DNA from: Marsupella aquatica
Lineage: Eukaryota; Plantae; Marchantiophyta
Direction: 5' to 3'
Length of the DNA: 64,000 nt
Assembly: GCA_973895155.1 (NCBI GenBank)
Contig: OZ316892.1
Coordinates: 29,270,932 to 29,334,931 of the forward strand
Below the pieces are notes generated by a model. It saw only the letters and a program-made list of their open reading frames with translations, was not told the DNA's origin and ran no database searches. The translations under genes and the position numbers were made by a program. This document shows, piece by piece, positions 62,745-64,000 of this stretch. Within the stretch, counting starts at the first letter, position 1. Every line of letters begins with the position of its first letter.

Positions 62745-64000
62745 TGTTGAGCATAGACGACAATCGCAACGGCAAACCCATGAACCATCCAACGCACAAG
62801 AGTCGACACAGAAAGATACGTGGTTCACCTCCTTATGAGGCTACGTCCACGGGAACACACGAGAGCTTTACTGCACTCTAGGTCGATCGTCATTCCAAGC
62901 ATCCACAGCGCAAGCTCTCTCTATCTCTCAACTAGCTTCGTAACAATGAGCCTGAGTTCCCCCTCACCAAGCAAACACCGCTTGGTTATAGAGTGTACAC
63001 AACATGACTAACCTAACCAAGTCTATGACTAAGGTTAGCCTTAACTATGGTACAGTCGTAACTCTAGACCTAAGAGTAAATCCTAACAATCTCCCTCTTG
63101 ACTCTGGAAAGACTGCTACCAATATGATTGCTCAACGGGACGTTCTGGAAAGAAAAACCAAACCGATTTTTCCCTTTTATACGAGAGTAGACCAGAACTA
63201 AGCCGTAGCCTATACAAGGAATGAGCAAGAGCATATCTCAGTATCTACACAAATGTTAAGTAACCCTACTTGTGAGGCAATTGCAAAACCTGCAACGCAT
63301 CACGGTGTCTAGAAAAACTCTCCAAAGGAATCACTTGGTGACTGCTTCAACCCGTATAAGGATCTCAGCAATCTGCAAACCAAATCCTCTTGCCCTTTCT
63401 TTACAAAACCTAGCGGCTGTCTCATGAAAATCAACTCTTCCAAGGTGCCATAGAGGAAAGCTGTGACAACATCCATCTGATCTAGCAACAGACCAAACAT
63501 AACAACAAGCACACACAATAGCTGTATTGTTGAATACTTAGCAACTGGTGAGAAGACCTCATTGTAATTCACACCTTTTTCCTGTGTGAATCCCTTGGCT
63601 ACCAACCTAGCCTTGTAGATCTTCGATCCACCTCCTGTGGACTGATCCTTCAGCTTGTATATCCACTTGCTATCCACCACTTGCTGTCCATCAGGCAGCT
63701 TGAAGAGCTCCCAAGTTTTGTTGTCCTTCAGTGACTGCATCTCCGTTTGCATTGGTGCAGTCCACTCCTGCTTCTCCTTTGAAGCACTTGCTTCATGAAA
63801 TGAAGAAGGTTCCCTTTCTTCCAAAATCAATGCATCACCCTCATCATCAGTAACAAAGTCCTCTTCTTGCAACTGAGATGAATCAACCCACTGTCCATAC
63901 CTTGGTGGAGCGCGTACAGTGCGATCATATGTTCTTCTAGCCGATGACTCCAGTTGATCTGCGTGTGCTGGTACAATTTGAAGCTCAGCAGCATCCACTT
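62745..64000 (-). mobile_element. 3' part of a Ty1/Copia retrotransposon: partial RT, RNase H tail, PPT (63089-63098), 3' LTR (62745-63088)
   Basis: ORF 63309-63998 has EP.SF.EA, KARLVAKGFTQ..GVNY.EVFSPV, QMDVVTAFLYG and LYGLKQSP. PPT AGAGGGAGAT precedes the 344-bp LTR TGTTAGGA...CTCAACA. Confidence 0.92.

Overview
Eukaryotic nuclear DNA from a land plant: spliceosomal GT-AG introns, plant-type genes, telo-box/site II promoter motifs. The exact taxon cannot be determined here. The left quarter is a complete but decayed 13.76-kb non-chromovirus (Athila-like) Ty3/Gypsy retrotransposon at 1790-15549, with a CTTCA target-site duplication. Its ~3.85-kb LTRs each carry an apparently spliced accessory gene of about 726 aa when the two copies are combined. 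Six host genes follow: a SAM-dependent methyltransferase (At2g41040/At1g78140-like, -), a plastid inner-envelope-type protein (-), SmF (-, with an intronic box C/D snoRNA candidate), RPL14 (+), DGAT2 (+) and an intronless MNS4-like GH47 mannosidase (-). LINE, MITE, Copia fragments and many local tandem/inverted repeats lie between them. The two strongest leads are the LTR-embedded accessory gene and a ~325-bp inverted duplication that gives the divergent SmF and RPL14 genes a homologous 5' UTR, ATG-only first coding exon and first-intron start. All family assignments come from motif recognition by eye; no database search was run.
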